Made by a program: the position numbers and the translations under genes. The notes under the pieces are model-generated. The model made no database searches. It saw nothing but the letters and a program-made list of their open reading frames with translations, and was not told where the DNA came from. Below are positions 1 to 8,973 of a stretch of 32,000 bases of DNA, piece by piece (position 1 is the stretch's first letter; each line of letters opens with the position of its first letter). The stretch spans positions 1,890,001 through 1,922,000 of the forward strand of contig NC_013849.1 in NCBI RefSeq assembly GCF_000025505.1, given 5' to 3'. This DNA is from Ferroglobus placidus DSM 10642. GTDB lineage: Archaea > Halobacteriota > Archaeoglobi > Archaeoglobales > Archaeoglobaceae.

Positions 1-339
1 GCAAGCGGAGCAGAACACAAATTCAGCCACGCTTTGGATTATCTCGGATACGGGAGCGGAGTGCACGGAGAGCAAGTAGCTTTGGGAACGATAATAATGG
101 AGTACCTCCATCAGAAGTACTACGGAATCGGAGACTGGGAGGCTATAAAGACAATTTTTGAAAAAGCTCAGGTACCGACGACGGCAAAAGAGCTAAATTT
201 AACTAAGGAGCAGATTCTCGAAGCTTTAATTTACGCTAAAAGAATCAGGAAAAAGAGGTACACGATTTTGGAAGACGTGAATCCGAGCAAAGAAGAGCTT
301 GAACTCGTTTTAATCAAGACCGGGATCGTAGAGAGTTAG
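1..339 (+). CDS. egsA: Glycerol-1-phosphate dehydrogenase [NAD(P)+], C-terminal part (truncated by window start)
   Basis: The frame is open from base 1 (A-S-G-A-E-H-K-F-S-H-A-L-D-Y...GSGVHGEQVALGTIIMEYLH...PTTAKELN). GSGAEHxFSHAL/HGEQ and PTTAKEL are typical of archaeal EgsA. Confidence 0.85.
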   Translation, partial: ASGAEHKFSHALDYLGYGSGVHGEQVALGTIIMEYLHQKYYGIGDWEAIKTIFEKAQVPTTAKELNLTKEQILEALIYAKRIRKKRYTILEDVNPSKEELELVLIKTGIVES

Positions 340-798
340 AACGTGCTTTGCCTCTTCAACTCTGTTTATCTTCCTAACCTCAGCTACGTTGTAGTTCTCG
401 ATTCTAACATCTATCAGCTCGCTCCCCAAGCCTTCGTTCATTTTCAGCAGAGAGTACACTCCGTTTACCTCCTCCCAGACCTCTTCCCCGAATACAATTT
501 TTTGAAAGGCTTTATTCAGCTCAATCCAGCTCATCTCAGCTATCTTTTGAACGGGAACGAAAGAAAAGTATTCAACTACTTTTTCCACATTCTCCTTTTC
601 GTGAATCCACGTGCATTCCACGCAGCTCCATACTTTAAAGTTTTTAAGCCTCCCGAAAGCGTTGTACAAGCAGGGATAAAAGGGACAGAAGCAGAGGGAG
701 CAATCCTGACCTTCGAAGTGACACGGGTAATACTCGCATTCTCCCTTTTTCATCCCGAAAATAGCCGAAACTAAATCTTTCAAAGCCTCTTCCCTCAT
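310..798 (-). CDS. Cysteine-rich small-domain protein (putative metal-binding)
   Basis: 162-aa ORF with a dense Cys cluster CEYYPCHFEGQDCSLCFCPFYPCLY...CVECTWIH. It overlaps the downstream end of the DUF89 gene by 4 nt (translational coupling). Confidence 0.65.
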   Translation of the reverse strand: MREEALKDLVSAIFGMKKGECEYYPCHFEGQDCSLCFCPFYPCLYNAFGRLKNFKVWSCVECTWIHEKENVEKVVEYFSFVPVQKIAEMSWIELNKAFQKIVFGEEVWEEVNGVYSLLKMNEGLGSELIDVRIENYNVAEVRKINRVEEAKHVLTLYDPGLD

Positions 799-1655
799 TT
801 CAGCATCGCCACCATGCTGCCGACGCTAACCCCTATATCCCTCGCTACAGGTTCGCATTTGGCAGTCAAAAGAAAAGCAACGTTTTCCCACTTCGATTCG
901 GACAAGCATTCGTAGTTAGCCATACCCTTAGCCACGATTACGTCAGCCTCCTCTATCCTACTCTTCGTAACCTCCGGAAGCATTTCTTCGTCTATACCAA
1001 TCTCTCCTCCGTTAGGAAGTATTTCGTCGGCAACTTTATCTATTCCGGCAAGCTTCGCATCTTCGATTGTTGCGTCGCTGAGTATTGGCTTTCCTCTAAC
1101 TACAACGCTAACTTTCTCCGAGATCTTCTTGATTTCCCTTATCAGCAAATAATCGAAGAATATCTCTCCGGCGTTGTCAGTTACGTAAACAACCTTCCCT
1201 CTGCAGAGGTCCTTTATCTCCTCGGTGTCGTCGATAGTTAACCCTTTCGCGAACATTTTGAGGAAGTACATCTTGAAGTTATCTTCCTCAACTTTGTGAT
1301 CCAGAACTCCGTAGTCGAAGGCGTTACCGATTATGCTTGCCACGACTGCTCCGTAAAACTTGTCGGAAAGCTTCGAAATGAAATCTTCGACGAATGGCAG
1401 ATTTTTCATAGCAACAGCATTCGCTCTATCCTTAAGAGGTTTGTAAGGGTCTTCGACTCCGAGAACTTCGTAAACTCTTCTGTGGACTTTCGTGGCTATT
1501 AAAGCGTTAATCCCCCTCTTTTCGTATTCCTCGCTTAAAATTTTGAGAGCCTCTCCAACAGCCCTCTCTATTTTGCTCTGATCATTCGTAGCTATCTTGC
1601 ATTCTAGGTAAACCCTGTTCAGCAAACAAGCCGGACATTTAGCAGCGATCCTCAT
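795..1655 (-). CDS. DUF89 / ARMT1-like damage-control phosphatase family protein
   Basis: 286 aa; N-terminal CPACLLNR and VVYVTDNAGEIFFDYLLIREI, typical of DUF89 proteins. Confidence 0.8.
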   Translation of the reverse strand: MRIAAKCPACLLNRVYLECKIATNDQSKIERAVGEALKILSEEYEKRGINALIATKVHRRVYEVLGVEDPYKPLKDRANAVAMKNLPFVEDFISKLSDKFYGAVVASIIGNAFDYGVLDHKVEEDNFKMYFLKMFAKGLTIDDTEEIKDLCRGKVVYVTDNAGEIFFDYLLIREIKKISEKVSVVVRGKPILSDATIEDAKLAGIDKVADEILPNGGEIGIDEEMLPEVTKSRIEEADVIVAKGMANYECLSESKWENVAFLLTAKCEPVARDIGVSVGSMVAMLK

Positions 1656-1657
1656 AG

Positions 1658-3523
1658 CTACGTGTCGAGATTTCTCACTTCTGTGGCGTGCTCCATTATG
1701 AACCTCTTCCTGTCTTCGGTGTTCTCTCCCATGAGAATCGAAACTATCTCTTCGGCCATCGCCGCATCTTCGAGTGTTACCTGAATAAGTATCCTTCTCT
1801 TCGGATCCATCGTCGTCTCCCAGAGCTGTTCAGGGTTCATCTCTCCCAGACCTTTGTACCTCTGAACTTCCGCATCTCCTATTCTTTTAAGCAGGTTTTC
1901 GAGTTCTTTGTCTGAGTAAAGGTAGTAAACTTTCTTCCCCTTCTTAACTCTGTAGAGGGGCGGCTGGGCTATGTAAAGGTATCCGTTCTCTATAAGCGGA
2001 CGCATGTAGCGGTAGAAGAAGGTTAGCAGCAGAGTTCTTATGTGAGCTCCATCTATGTCCGCGTCGGTCATTATGATGATTCGCCTGTACCTCGCCTTTT
2101 TTATGTCGAAATCCTTTCCGAAACCGGCACCTATGGCAGCTATAATCGCTTTTATTTCGTCGTTTTTCAAAACTCTAACCATACCAGCCTTCTCTACGTT
2201 TATAATCTTACCTCTTATCGGCAAAATTGCCTGAAATCTTCTGTCTCTTGCCTGTTTTGCCGAACCTCCGGCAGATTCACCCTCAACTATGAACAGCTCC
2301 CTCTCTTCAGGATTTTTCGACGAGCAATCGGCAAGCTTCCCCGGAAGAGTTGCCACTTCTTCTCTCCTCTTTATAACGTCCCTCGCCCTTTTCGCAGCCT
2401 CTCTCGCTTTAGCAGCTAATATGCACTTCTCTATTATTTTGTTAGCCTGCTCAGGATGCTCTTCAAACCACCTCATCAATTCGCTGTAAACTATGGTCTC
2501 CACAGCCGTCTTAACTTCGCTGTTACTCAGCTTGGTCTTCGTCTGCCCCTCAAACTGTGGTTCCGGAACCTTAACTGAAATTACGGCTGTCAAACCTTCT
2601 CTGACGTCCACCCCGGTTATCGGCTTGAAGTTCTTGACGTTCTTCTTTCCGTATTCGTTTATCGCTCTCGTTAGAGCCGCTCTGAATCCTACAACGTGAG
2701 TGCCTCCCTCAACGTTGTGTATGTTGTTGGCATAAGCGAGAATAGTTTCGAAGTCGGTGTTCGTGTACTGCAGAGCTACTTCGACGCTAATTCCGTTTCT
2801 CTCTCCACTTATGTATATTACATCGGAAATCTTTTCTCTGTTGGCGTTGAGATGCTCCACGAACTCCACAATTCCCCTTTCTGAGTAGAACTCCTCCTTT
2901 TTCCCGCTTCTTTCATCGTACAGCTCAAGCTTCAGTCCCTTGTTCAAGTATGCGAGTTCTCTAAGTCTGTGCGCCACTATGTCGTAGCGGAACTCCGTCG
3001 TTTCGAAAATCTCCTCGTCTGGCTTGAACCTCACGTAAGTTCCCGTCTCGTTTGTCTCTCCGATAATCTCAAGAGGTGTCACCGGAACTCCTCTCTCGTA
3101 TCTCTGCCTGTATATCTTTCCGTTTCTCTTAACAATAACTTCCACCCACTCGGAAAGAGCATTAACGACGGATAAACCAACTCCGTGCAAACCTCCAGAG
3201 ACTTTGTACGCTTTTTTGCTGAACTTTCCTCCCGCGTGAAGCTTCGTCATCACTATTTCCAAAGCTGGCTTTCCGAGGGGGTGCATTTCGGTCGGAATTC
3301 CTCTTCCGTCATCTTCGACGCTCGCACTTCCATCCCTATGTAAAACTACTCTTATTCTGCTGCAGTATCCCGCTAAATGCTCGTCAACGCTGTTGTCGAT
3401 AACTTCCCACAAAAGGTGATGAAGCCCTCTAATTCCAACTCCACCAATGTACATCCCCGGTCTCTTTCTCACAGCTTCCAAATCGCTAAGAACTTCGATT
3501 TGCTCAGCCGTGTACTCTTCCAC
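1658..3523 (-). CDS. gyrB: DNA gyrase subunit B
   Basis: 621 aa; EAVRKRPGMYIGG, EVIDNSVDEHLAG, GLHGVGLSVVNALS, EGESAGGSAKQARDR, DADIDGAHIRTLLLTFFYRYM. Confidence 0.97.
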   Translation of the reverse strand: MEEYTAEQIEVLSDLEAVRKRPGMYIGGVGIRGLHHLLWEVIDNSVDEHLAGYCSRIRVVLHRDGSASVEDDGRGIPTEMHPLGKPALEIVMTKLHAGGKFSKKAYKVSGGLHGVGLSVVNALSEWVEVIVKRNGKIYRQRYERGVPVTPLEIIGETNETGTYVRFKPDEEIFETTEFRYDIVAHRLRELAYLNKGLKLELYDERSGKKEEFYSERGIVEFVEHLNANREKISDVIYISGERNGISVEVALQYTNTDFETILAYANNIHNVEGGTHVVGFRAALTRAINEYGKKNVKNFKPITGVDVREGLTAVISVKVPEPQFEGQTKTKLSNSEVKTAVETIVYSELMRWFEEHPEQANKIIEKCILAAKAREAAKRARDVIKRREEVATLPGKLADCSSKNPEERELFIVEGESAGGSAKQARDRRFQAILPIRGKIINVEKAGMVRVLKNDEIKAIIAAIGAGFGKDFDIKKARYRRIIIMTDADIDGAHIRTLLLTFFYRYMRPLIENGYLYIAQPPLYRVKKGKKVYYLYSDKELENLLKRIGDAEVQRYKGLGEMNPEQLWETTMDPKRRILIQVTLEDAAMAEEIVSILMGENTEDRKRFIMEHATEVRNLDT

Positions 3524-3684
3524 GAAACCAAATTTAATCTCTCGGTTTAAAACTCTTGGGTGTTCAATACGAATTCTACTTTAGCCATCGAAATGTTTTT
3601 CTTTTCTCTTTAGAAGGTAATTGGAATCGTGAAAGAGAAAAATTTATAAATAGTAAAATAAAAAAACCATTTGAGGGTGGTAAT

Positions 3685-3780
3685 ATGTTTAAAAGGATTT
3701 TTGAGAAATTAGTGTATTACTTTGTTATGATTTACGTTGTGATTGCGTTTTTAACTGGTAGGATGAAGATGTTTAAGTAG
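3685..3780 (+). CDS. Possible 31-aa single-span membrane miniprotein (MFKRIFEKLVYYFVMIYVVIAFLTGRMKMFK)
   Basis: ATG at 3685 preceded by TGAGGGTGG and an upstream A/T-rich TTTATAAAT. Basic ends flank a hydrophobic core. The track ORF 3556..3780 contains it in frame. Confidence 0.4.
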   Translation: MFKRIFEKLVYYFVMIYVVIAFLTGRMKMFK

Positions 3781-3930
3781 AGCAGGATATTTAGCTTTGC
3801 TCTTTGGTAATGATGCCCAGAAATTCAGCATTTTTCAAAAGATACTGGCTGAAACTTGTTTTAACACACCGATATTTAAACTACGTTTTGGTCCACAACG
3901 ATATTTACATCTACCAAGTAGAAACACAAA

Positions 3931-3977
3931 ATTTTATATACCAAATTGGAAGTACTTTTTTATAGGTGATACCCGTG
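3931..3977 (+). promoter_or_regulatory. Predicted promoter of the defence operon: TTTATATA box (3933-3940) and SD-like AGGTGAT (3964-3970) before GTG at 3975
   Basis: The TATA-like element lies 42 nt upstream of GTG 3975 and AGGTGAT sits 4 nt before it. This implies a very short leader and favours 3975 over 3966 as the start. Confidence 0.5.
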
Positions 3978-5720
3978 TGGGATCAACTTTCTGACGTTGA
4001 AAATTGGGTGAAACAAAGATATATAGTTCTCGCTAAGGAATTCGGAAACAAGCCCTTTAGATTAGAAGACGCTGAAAAGGTTTTGAAAAAAGCGGGAATA
4101 GAAACCGGGAACGTGAAGGAATTACTTTCGATTCTGAGAAAAAAGGGTTTGCTTGAGGTTGAAAAAGACCCTGAAGATTTTAGAAGAAGCATCTACAGGT
4201 TGCTTTTTGTTGAAAAATCCGTGAGTCCTACGAGAGACAAGCTCTTCAGAAGCCTCAAAGCCGGAGCCGATCTGATAAGAGGAGGTGTTGATTACAAAGT
4301 GCTCTTGCTGTTCCTCTTCTACAAGGCTTTGAGCGATAAGTGGAATGCTCTCGTGGAAAGCTTCGTATCAGAAGGACACACAAAAACACAGGCTTATCTG
4401 CTTGCCAACAGAAAATACTATGTGCTTTACGACGAGAATGAGCAGAAGCTCCTGACTTGGCACGAAGTTACGAAGAAGAGAGAGACGCTCACAGAACTTG
4501 CGAACGCCTTAACGAGAATATCGAGATTGAATGAAAAGCTTTCAGACCTTGAGAAGCTCGTCGAGATTCTAGGATTCAAGGGATTCATAAGCGAAGATAA
4601 TCTTCACACTATCGAGAGCATAATCCAGATTTTCAACACCCTCGATTTCTCGAAGCTGCCCTATGACGTTATAGGAGATGCATATATGTGGATTCTGAAT
4701 TACTTCGCTCCACAGAAGGCGAAGGAAGGAGAAAACTACACTCCGATAGAAATAGTGAAGCTCGTTGTCAACTTGTTGGACATAGAGGTCGATGAAGAGA
4801 GTGGGGTTGTTACCGTTCTCGATCCAGCTTTAGGCTCCGGAAGTATGCTCATAGTTTCGAGAGATTACGTTAGAGAGAAGTACGGGAAGGAAGGGGAAGA
4901 TGTTCTCATGCTTTACGGTCAGGAAAGAAACGAGATAATGGGTGTTATAGCAAAAATGAACCTGATTCTTCACGACATAAAGAATTACGAGATTTTTATT
5001 GGAGACAGTTTAGCCAATCCGAGATTTCCGCAGTGCGATTACGTCGTCGCTAATCCGCCCTGGAACCAGGATTACAACGTGAACGGGCTTATAGAAGATC
5101 CAAAGGTTAAGAAAATTTACACGCAGTTCACGAGCACTTTGCCACCCAAAAACTCGATGGACTGGGGCTGGATACAGCTCATGCTTTACTTTGCAAGGAA
5201 AAAAGTTGGTATAATTCTCGACAACGGAGCTTTGTTCAGAGGAGGGAGTGAAAAGAGGATTAGAGAGGCTATTGTTAGGAGAGATTTGATCGAAGCCGTT
5301 GTTCTGCTTCCGGAGAAGCTCTTCTACAACACGGGAGCACCGGGATGCGTTATTATTTTCAACAAGAACAAGCCTGAAGAGAGGAAAGGTAAAATCCTGT
5401 TCATCAACGCAAGCAACGAGTACGAGAAGCATCCAGAAGTTAGAAGGTTGAACAGACTCGGAGAGAAAAATATCGAGAAGATCGTGGATGCTTACCGAGA
5501 ATTTAAGGATATCAAGGGTTTTGCGAGAGTTGTCAGCATTGAAGAGATTGCGAAGAACGATTACAATCTAAACGTTACGCTCTACGTAACTCCAATCGTA
5601 GAAGAAGAGGAGATCGACGTTGTCGAAGAGTGGCGAGAACTCGAGAAGATAGAAGCTGAGAGAGATGAGATAAAAGCCAAGCTCAGCGAATACGTTTCCG
5701 AAATAATGAGGGTTTGGTGA
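3975..5720 (+). CDS. hsdM: Type I restriction-modification system, DNA methyltransferase (M) subunit; track start 3966, GTG 3975 preferred
   Basis: HsdM-like N-terminus; [14 protein letters not shown]; SAM-binding motif [13 protein letters not shown]; catalytic motif [11 protein letters not shown]; [11 protein letters not shown]. Confidence 0.93.
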   Translation: MWDQLSDVENWVKQRYIVLAKEFGNKPFRLEDAEKVLKKAGIETGNVKELLSILRKKGLLEVEKDPEDFRRSIYRLLFVEKSVSPTRDKLFRSLKAGADLIRGGVDYKVLLLFLFYKALSDKWNALVESFVSEGHTKTQAYLLANRKYYVLYDENEQKLLTWHEVTKKRETLTELANALTRISRLNEKLSDLEKLVEILGFKGFISEDNLHTIESIIQIFNTLDFSKLPYDVIGDAYMWILNYFAPQKAKEGENYTPIEIVKLVVNLLDIEVDEESGVVTVLDPALGSGSMLIVSRDYVREKYGKEGEDVLMLYGQERNEIMGVIAKMNLILHDIKNYEIFIGDSLANPRFPQCDYVVANPPWNQDYNVNGLIEDPKVKKIYTQFTSTLPPKNSMDWGWIQLMLYFARKKVGIILDNGALFRGGSEKRIREAIVRRDLIEAVVLLPEKLFYNTGAPGCVIIFNKNKPEERKGKILFINASNEYEKHPEVRRLNRLGEKNIEKIVDAYREFKDIKGFARVVSIEEIAKNDYNLNVTLYVTPIVEEEEIDVVEEWRELEKIEAERDEIKAKLSEYVSEIMRVW

Positions 5721-5905
5721 TGAGTATGGGAAAGGTTGTGGAAGCTATTTACGAGAAGGGGGTGCTGAAACCTCTCGAAAAGTTAGACTTAAAGGAGGGT
5801 GAGAGGGTCAAGATAGAAATCAGAAGGAGCGTTTTCGGAATCTTGAAGGACTGGAAAGTAGACTCTCAGAAGCTTAAGGATAAGTTTAGACAAACTGGAG
5901 GATGA
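5720..5905 (+). CDS. DUF104 (AF2212-like) antitoxin-type protein; track start 5714, ATG 5720 preferred
   Basis: [32 protein letters not shown] is the hallmark DUF104 antitoxin N-terminus. The ATG overlaps the hsdM stop (TGATG). Confidence 0.8.
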   Translation: MSMGKVVEAIYEKGVLKPLEKLDLKEGERVKIEIRRSVFGILKDWKVDSQKLKDKFRQTGG

Positions 5906-5909
5906 TATC

Positions 5910-8258
5910 ATGATGTTGAACATATTTGAGGTAGATAAAAATCGAGTAGAGGTGCCACAGGACGTATACCTCTACAAGGTTCATCTAAAAACGCTGGAGC
6001 AGAGAAAAAGAGACATGTGTATAGCTGTCTTAAGAAATAGTTTTGGGTATCTTGACGTAAACAGTTTTGTTATATACTCGTACAAAGAGATTAGGGATCT
6101 GCCACGAAGAATTAAAAAATACTGCGACTTAGAACCTACAGGAAAGGTAAAAATGAATGAAGTTGACGAAAACGTTAGGAATGCATTGGTTAAAACTTTT
6201 CTTAGATCGAAGATAAGAAAGGATATTAAAAAACTCTTAAAAAAATTTAAAAAATTTCAACAAAGTGTTGGGCGATGGACAGTCGCATTGGACTTAGAGA
6301 GAATAGAGTTAGTGGAGCATAATGGAGAAATCCTCGTTTCTTTTAATGTCAAATTAAATATTAGTTCAATGATAAATTTATGGGATATAATTGAAAGAGA
6401 TGTTAACAGGCTAAAAGGACTCTGCTGGAGTCCAGAAAACCTAAACGACAATAGAATTTGGTTTAGGTACATTCCTCATTTGATTATAGAAGAAGTTGAG
6501 GATTTCGAGGAGAGTGCAAAATCTTTCATTCTTAGCGATGTTCATACTGGAGAAGAGTTTGGAGGTTGGACTACTGAAGATCTAAAGAAATATCCAGAAA
6601 ATGAGTATGGCTTATCAGAGGATGCCATTAAGAAAATTGGGAATTATACGCAATTCGATAGCACCCAACCGATTATTAAAGGTGTAACTTGGAGTGGTAA
6701 GGAGTATCCCTTTTTACCTCAGCATTGCATCCCAGCTTACAATCCAATGTTAGCAACAGCTGAGGAGAAAAAAAGAATAGAAGAAATTAAAATCAATTTA
6801 AAAAATAAAAAAGATGAAATTATTAGAAAAATAATTGAACAGCTACCGTACCTAAAACAACCTGATAACATTGAGATTAAAAAAGTGCAAGAGACAGCCA
6901 GATTAAGAGCAAAATTTGTTAAAGTTGAGGTAACTAAAGGTAAAATTACTAAAACTCTTTCTCAGCCGTACGAAAAACCAGTGTCGAGTACTTTGGATTT
7001 GTTTGGCTGGATTTCAAGAATTATAGATGGAGGAGATGGAATTATAGAGATTTGCATTCCAGATTACATACCAGAAAATCTTTCAAGAATTAAAGAGATC
7101 GAAGCATTCTTGCTAATTGAAAATGATTTGAACGAAAATGAAAGAAAAGTAGGCGACAAATTATTAAATGACGCAATATATGTTTATAACTTCGTTAGAA
7201 GCGTTTGCCTCAGGTGTGGTATAAATATACCTTACTTAAATTATAAAGGTAACCGATTCTACTTTGAAAATAGCAAAGAGGGTATCAGAGATATATACAA
7301 AAGGATAACCACCTCCCTTAGCGGTGAGATAGGTTTTGCTCTTATATTTGGAAAGAGAGATAATTATGAAGACGAAGAGGGCGAAGATTCTTTTGACTAC
7401 TACAATCCCCTAAAATCTGCTTTATTTAGAAACAACATATTAAGTCAAAATTTTGATGTCACGAATTATGTAAGAGGCGACGGCAAAATTAATAAGAACA
7501 CGATTAAATATGCTGTATCAAATATAATTTATAATATTTTTGGGAAGTTGGGAGTAAAATTCTTCGTTCTTGAAGAGGATGTTCCATACGACTACATACT
7601 TGGTATTGATGTAGGGTATGGCGAAGCTTACACAGGTAAAGTAGCTGGATGCACAACAGTGCACGACTCGGAGGGCAGACTAAGAAACTTAATTCCTATA
7701 GAAAAACAGAACTATCCCTCCAAGGAGACTGCAAGAATTAAAGCCTTACTAGAAGAAATTGAACAGAAAAAGAAAATTTACAACATAGATTTTGAGAACA
7801 AAAGTATACTAATCTTGAGAGACGGTCGCATTAATAAAGAAGAAATAAACCAACTGATGGAGTTTTCTGAAGAAAGAAATTGCAGGATAACGTATATCGA
7901 AATCAGGAAAAACATTGTGCATCAATTCTTAGTGAATAGCTCACAAGCGTGTTATGTCAAGATTGGCGATTATTACATCTTGAAAGCTCATAATCCTAGA
8001 ATAGGATTTCCCAGAGCAATAAAGATTGCAAGAAAGATCGTAATTGAGGGCGATGCGTGGAGAGAGTCATCACTAACGGAGGACGACATCTTACTGATTT
8101 ACAAACTTACAGCCCTGAATTATTCTACAATCGGCAGAGATAGCAATCTTAGAATACCGGCTCCAATTTACTACGCTGATAAACTTGTAAAAGCCCTTAA
8201 AAAAGGGTGGAAATTCGATGAGAGGTTCTTGAGGTATGGAATTCTATACTTCTTGTAG
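5910..8258 (+). CDS. ago: Long-type prokaryotic Argonaute (N-PAZ-MID-PIWI), PfAgo/MjAgo-like
   Basis: 782 aa. Collinear by eye with my recollection of Pyrococcus furiosus Ago. Shared landmarks: SSMINLWDIIERDVNRLKG vs QSMKTLWELVNKDPKELE; FLPQHCIPAYN vs LLPQLVVPTYN; YDYILGIDVG vs YDYIIGIDVA; ILRDGRINKEE vs LLRDGRITNNEE; LTALNYSTIG..LRIPAPIYYADKLVKAL vs LTRLNYGSIS..MRLPAPVHYAHKFANAI; C-terminal FLRYGILYFL vs FLAEGFLYFV. SD GGAGG at 5898-5902. Confidence 0.96.
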   Translation: MMLNIFEVDKNRVEVPQDVYLYKVHLKTLEQRKRDMCIAVLRNSFGYLDVNSFVIYSYKEIRDLPRRIKKYCDLEPTGKVKMNEVDENVRNALVKTFLRSKIRKDIKKLLKKFKKFQQSVGRWTVALDLERIELVEHNGEILVSFNVKLNISSMINLWDIIERDVNRLKGLCWSPENLNDNRIWFRYIPHLIIEEVEDFEESAKSFILSDVHTGEEFGGWTTEDLKKYPENEYGLSEDAIKKIGNYTQFDSTQPIIKGVTWSGKEYPFLPQHCIPAYNPMLATAEEKKRIEEIKINLKNKKDEIIRKIIEQLPYLKQPDNIEIKKVQETARLRAKFVKVEVTKGKITKTLSQPYEKPVSSTLDLFGWISRIIDGGDGIIEICIPDYIPENLSRIKEIEAFLLIENDLNENERKVGDKLLNDAIYVYNFVRSVCLRCGINIPYLNYKGNRFYFENSKEGIRDIYKRITTSLSGEIGFALIFGKRDNYEDEEGEDSFDYYNPLKSALFRNNILSQNFDVTNYVRGDGKINKNTIKYAVSNIIYNIFGKLGVKFFVLEEDVPYDYILGIDVGYGEAYTGKVAGCTTVHDSEGRLRNLIPIEKQNYPSKETARIKALLEEIEQKKKIYNIDFENKSILILRDGRINKEEINQLMEFSEERNCRITYIEIRKNIVHQFLVNSSQACYVKIGDYYILKAHNPRIGFPRAIKIARKIVIEGDAWRESSLTEDDILLIYKLTALNYSTIGRDSNLRIPAPIYYADKLVKALKKGWKFDERFLRYGILYFL

Positions 8259-8267
8259 TTGAGGCTC

Positions 8268-8585
8268 ATGAAGGTCGAAAAGATCGTTGAGGAATTCGCT
8301 CGGGAACTGAGGAAGAAACACGAAGACAAAGTAGAGGCTATAATCTTCTTCGGTTCTCATGCGAGGAGTGAAGGAAGGGAGGAGAGCGACATCGACGTTT
8401 TAATCATTGGAGACTTAAAGCTCGACGAAGCTGTAGATGTCGCTTATCCGATTTTTCTGAAGTACGGAGTTTACATTTCCCCGATCGTGATGAATAGAGA
8501 GCACTTCGAGACGTTAAAAGCTGAAAGGACCGGATTCATCGAGAACGTTTTGAAGGAAGGGGTATTTTTGTATGGCGGAGTATGA
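8268..8585 (+). CDS. MNT-type minimal nucleotidyltransferase (MntA-like antitoxin); track start 8259, ATG 8268 preferred
   Basis: IIFFGSHARSEGREESDIDVLII (GSxxR...SDxD nucleotidyltransferase signature), 9 nt after the ago stop. Confidence 0.87.
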   Translation: MKVEKIVEEFARELRKKHEDKVEAIIFFGSHARSEGREESDIDVLIIGDLKLDEAVDVAYPIFLKYGVYISPIVMNREHFETLKAERTGFIENVLKEGVFLYGGV

Positions 8586-8973
8586 GAAATACCTCGAAAG
8601 GGCTTACGAAGCCCTCGAATCCGCTAAGATTTTGTTTGAGAACGAGAAGTACAACGCTTCGATAAGTCAAGCTTATTACGCAATGTTTTACGCATCGAAA
8701 GCCCTTCTGAGCCTTAAGAGAATATATCCAAGAACTCACAGGGGAGTAGTTTCCGAATTGGGTTTGAGATTTGTGAATGAGGGCTATATCGAAGAGCTTT
8801 ACGGCAAAATCTTGGCTAAGGGCTTGCAGTTGAGGGAGAGGGTGGATTACGACGTTTATTACAGAGCATCAAAGGAGGAGGCTGAGGAGATGATAAACGA
8901 GGCTGAGATGTTCGTAGAGAGGATAAGGAGGGCGATAGAGGAGATTTTGAAGAGAGGTGAGGGGAATGATTGA
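8572..8973 (+). CDS. HEPN-domain protein (partner of the MNT nucleotidyltransferase)
   Basis: YLERAYEALESAKILFENEKYNASISQAYYAMFYASKALLSLK is a canonical HEPN helix pair. Its start overlaps the MNT gene end by 14 nt. Confidence 0.87.
   Translation: MAEYEKYLERAYEALESAKILFENEKYNASISQAYYAMFYASKALLSLKRIYPRTHRGVVSELGLRFVNEGYIEELYGKILAKGLQLRERVDYDVYYRASKEEAEEMINEAEMFVERIRRAIEEILKRGEGND

Noticed and set aside
343-774. 143-aa plus-strand ORF opposite the Cys-rich gene
   Set aside because: Lies antisense within a well-supported minus-strand gene; low-information translation and no recognisable motif.
1688-3175. Several plus-strand ORFs (1688, 2042, 2493, 2696, 2969) inside gyrB
   Set aside because: Shadow ORFs on the reverse strand of a clearly coding, conserved gyrB.
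3797-3994. 65-aa ORF upstream of hsdM
   Set aside because: It runs through the predicted TATA box and SD and into hsdM in a different frame; no coding character.
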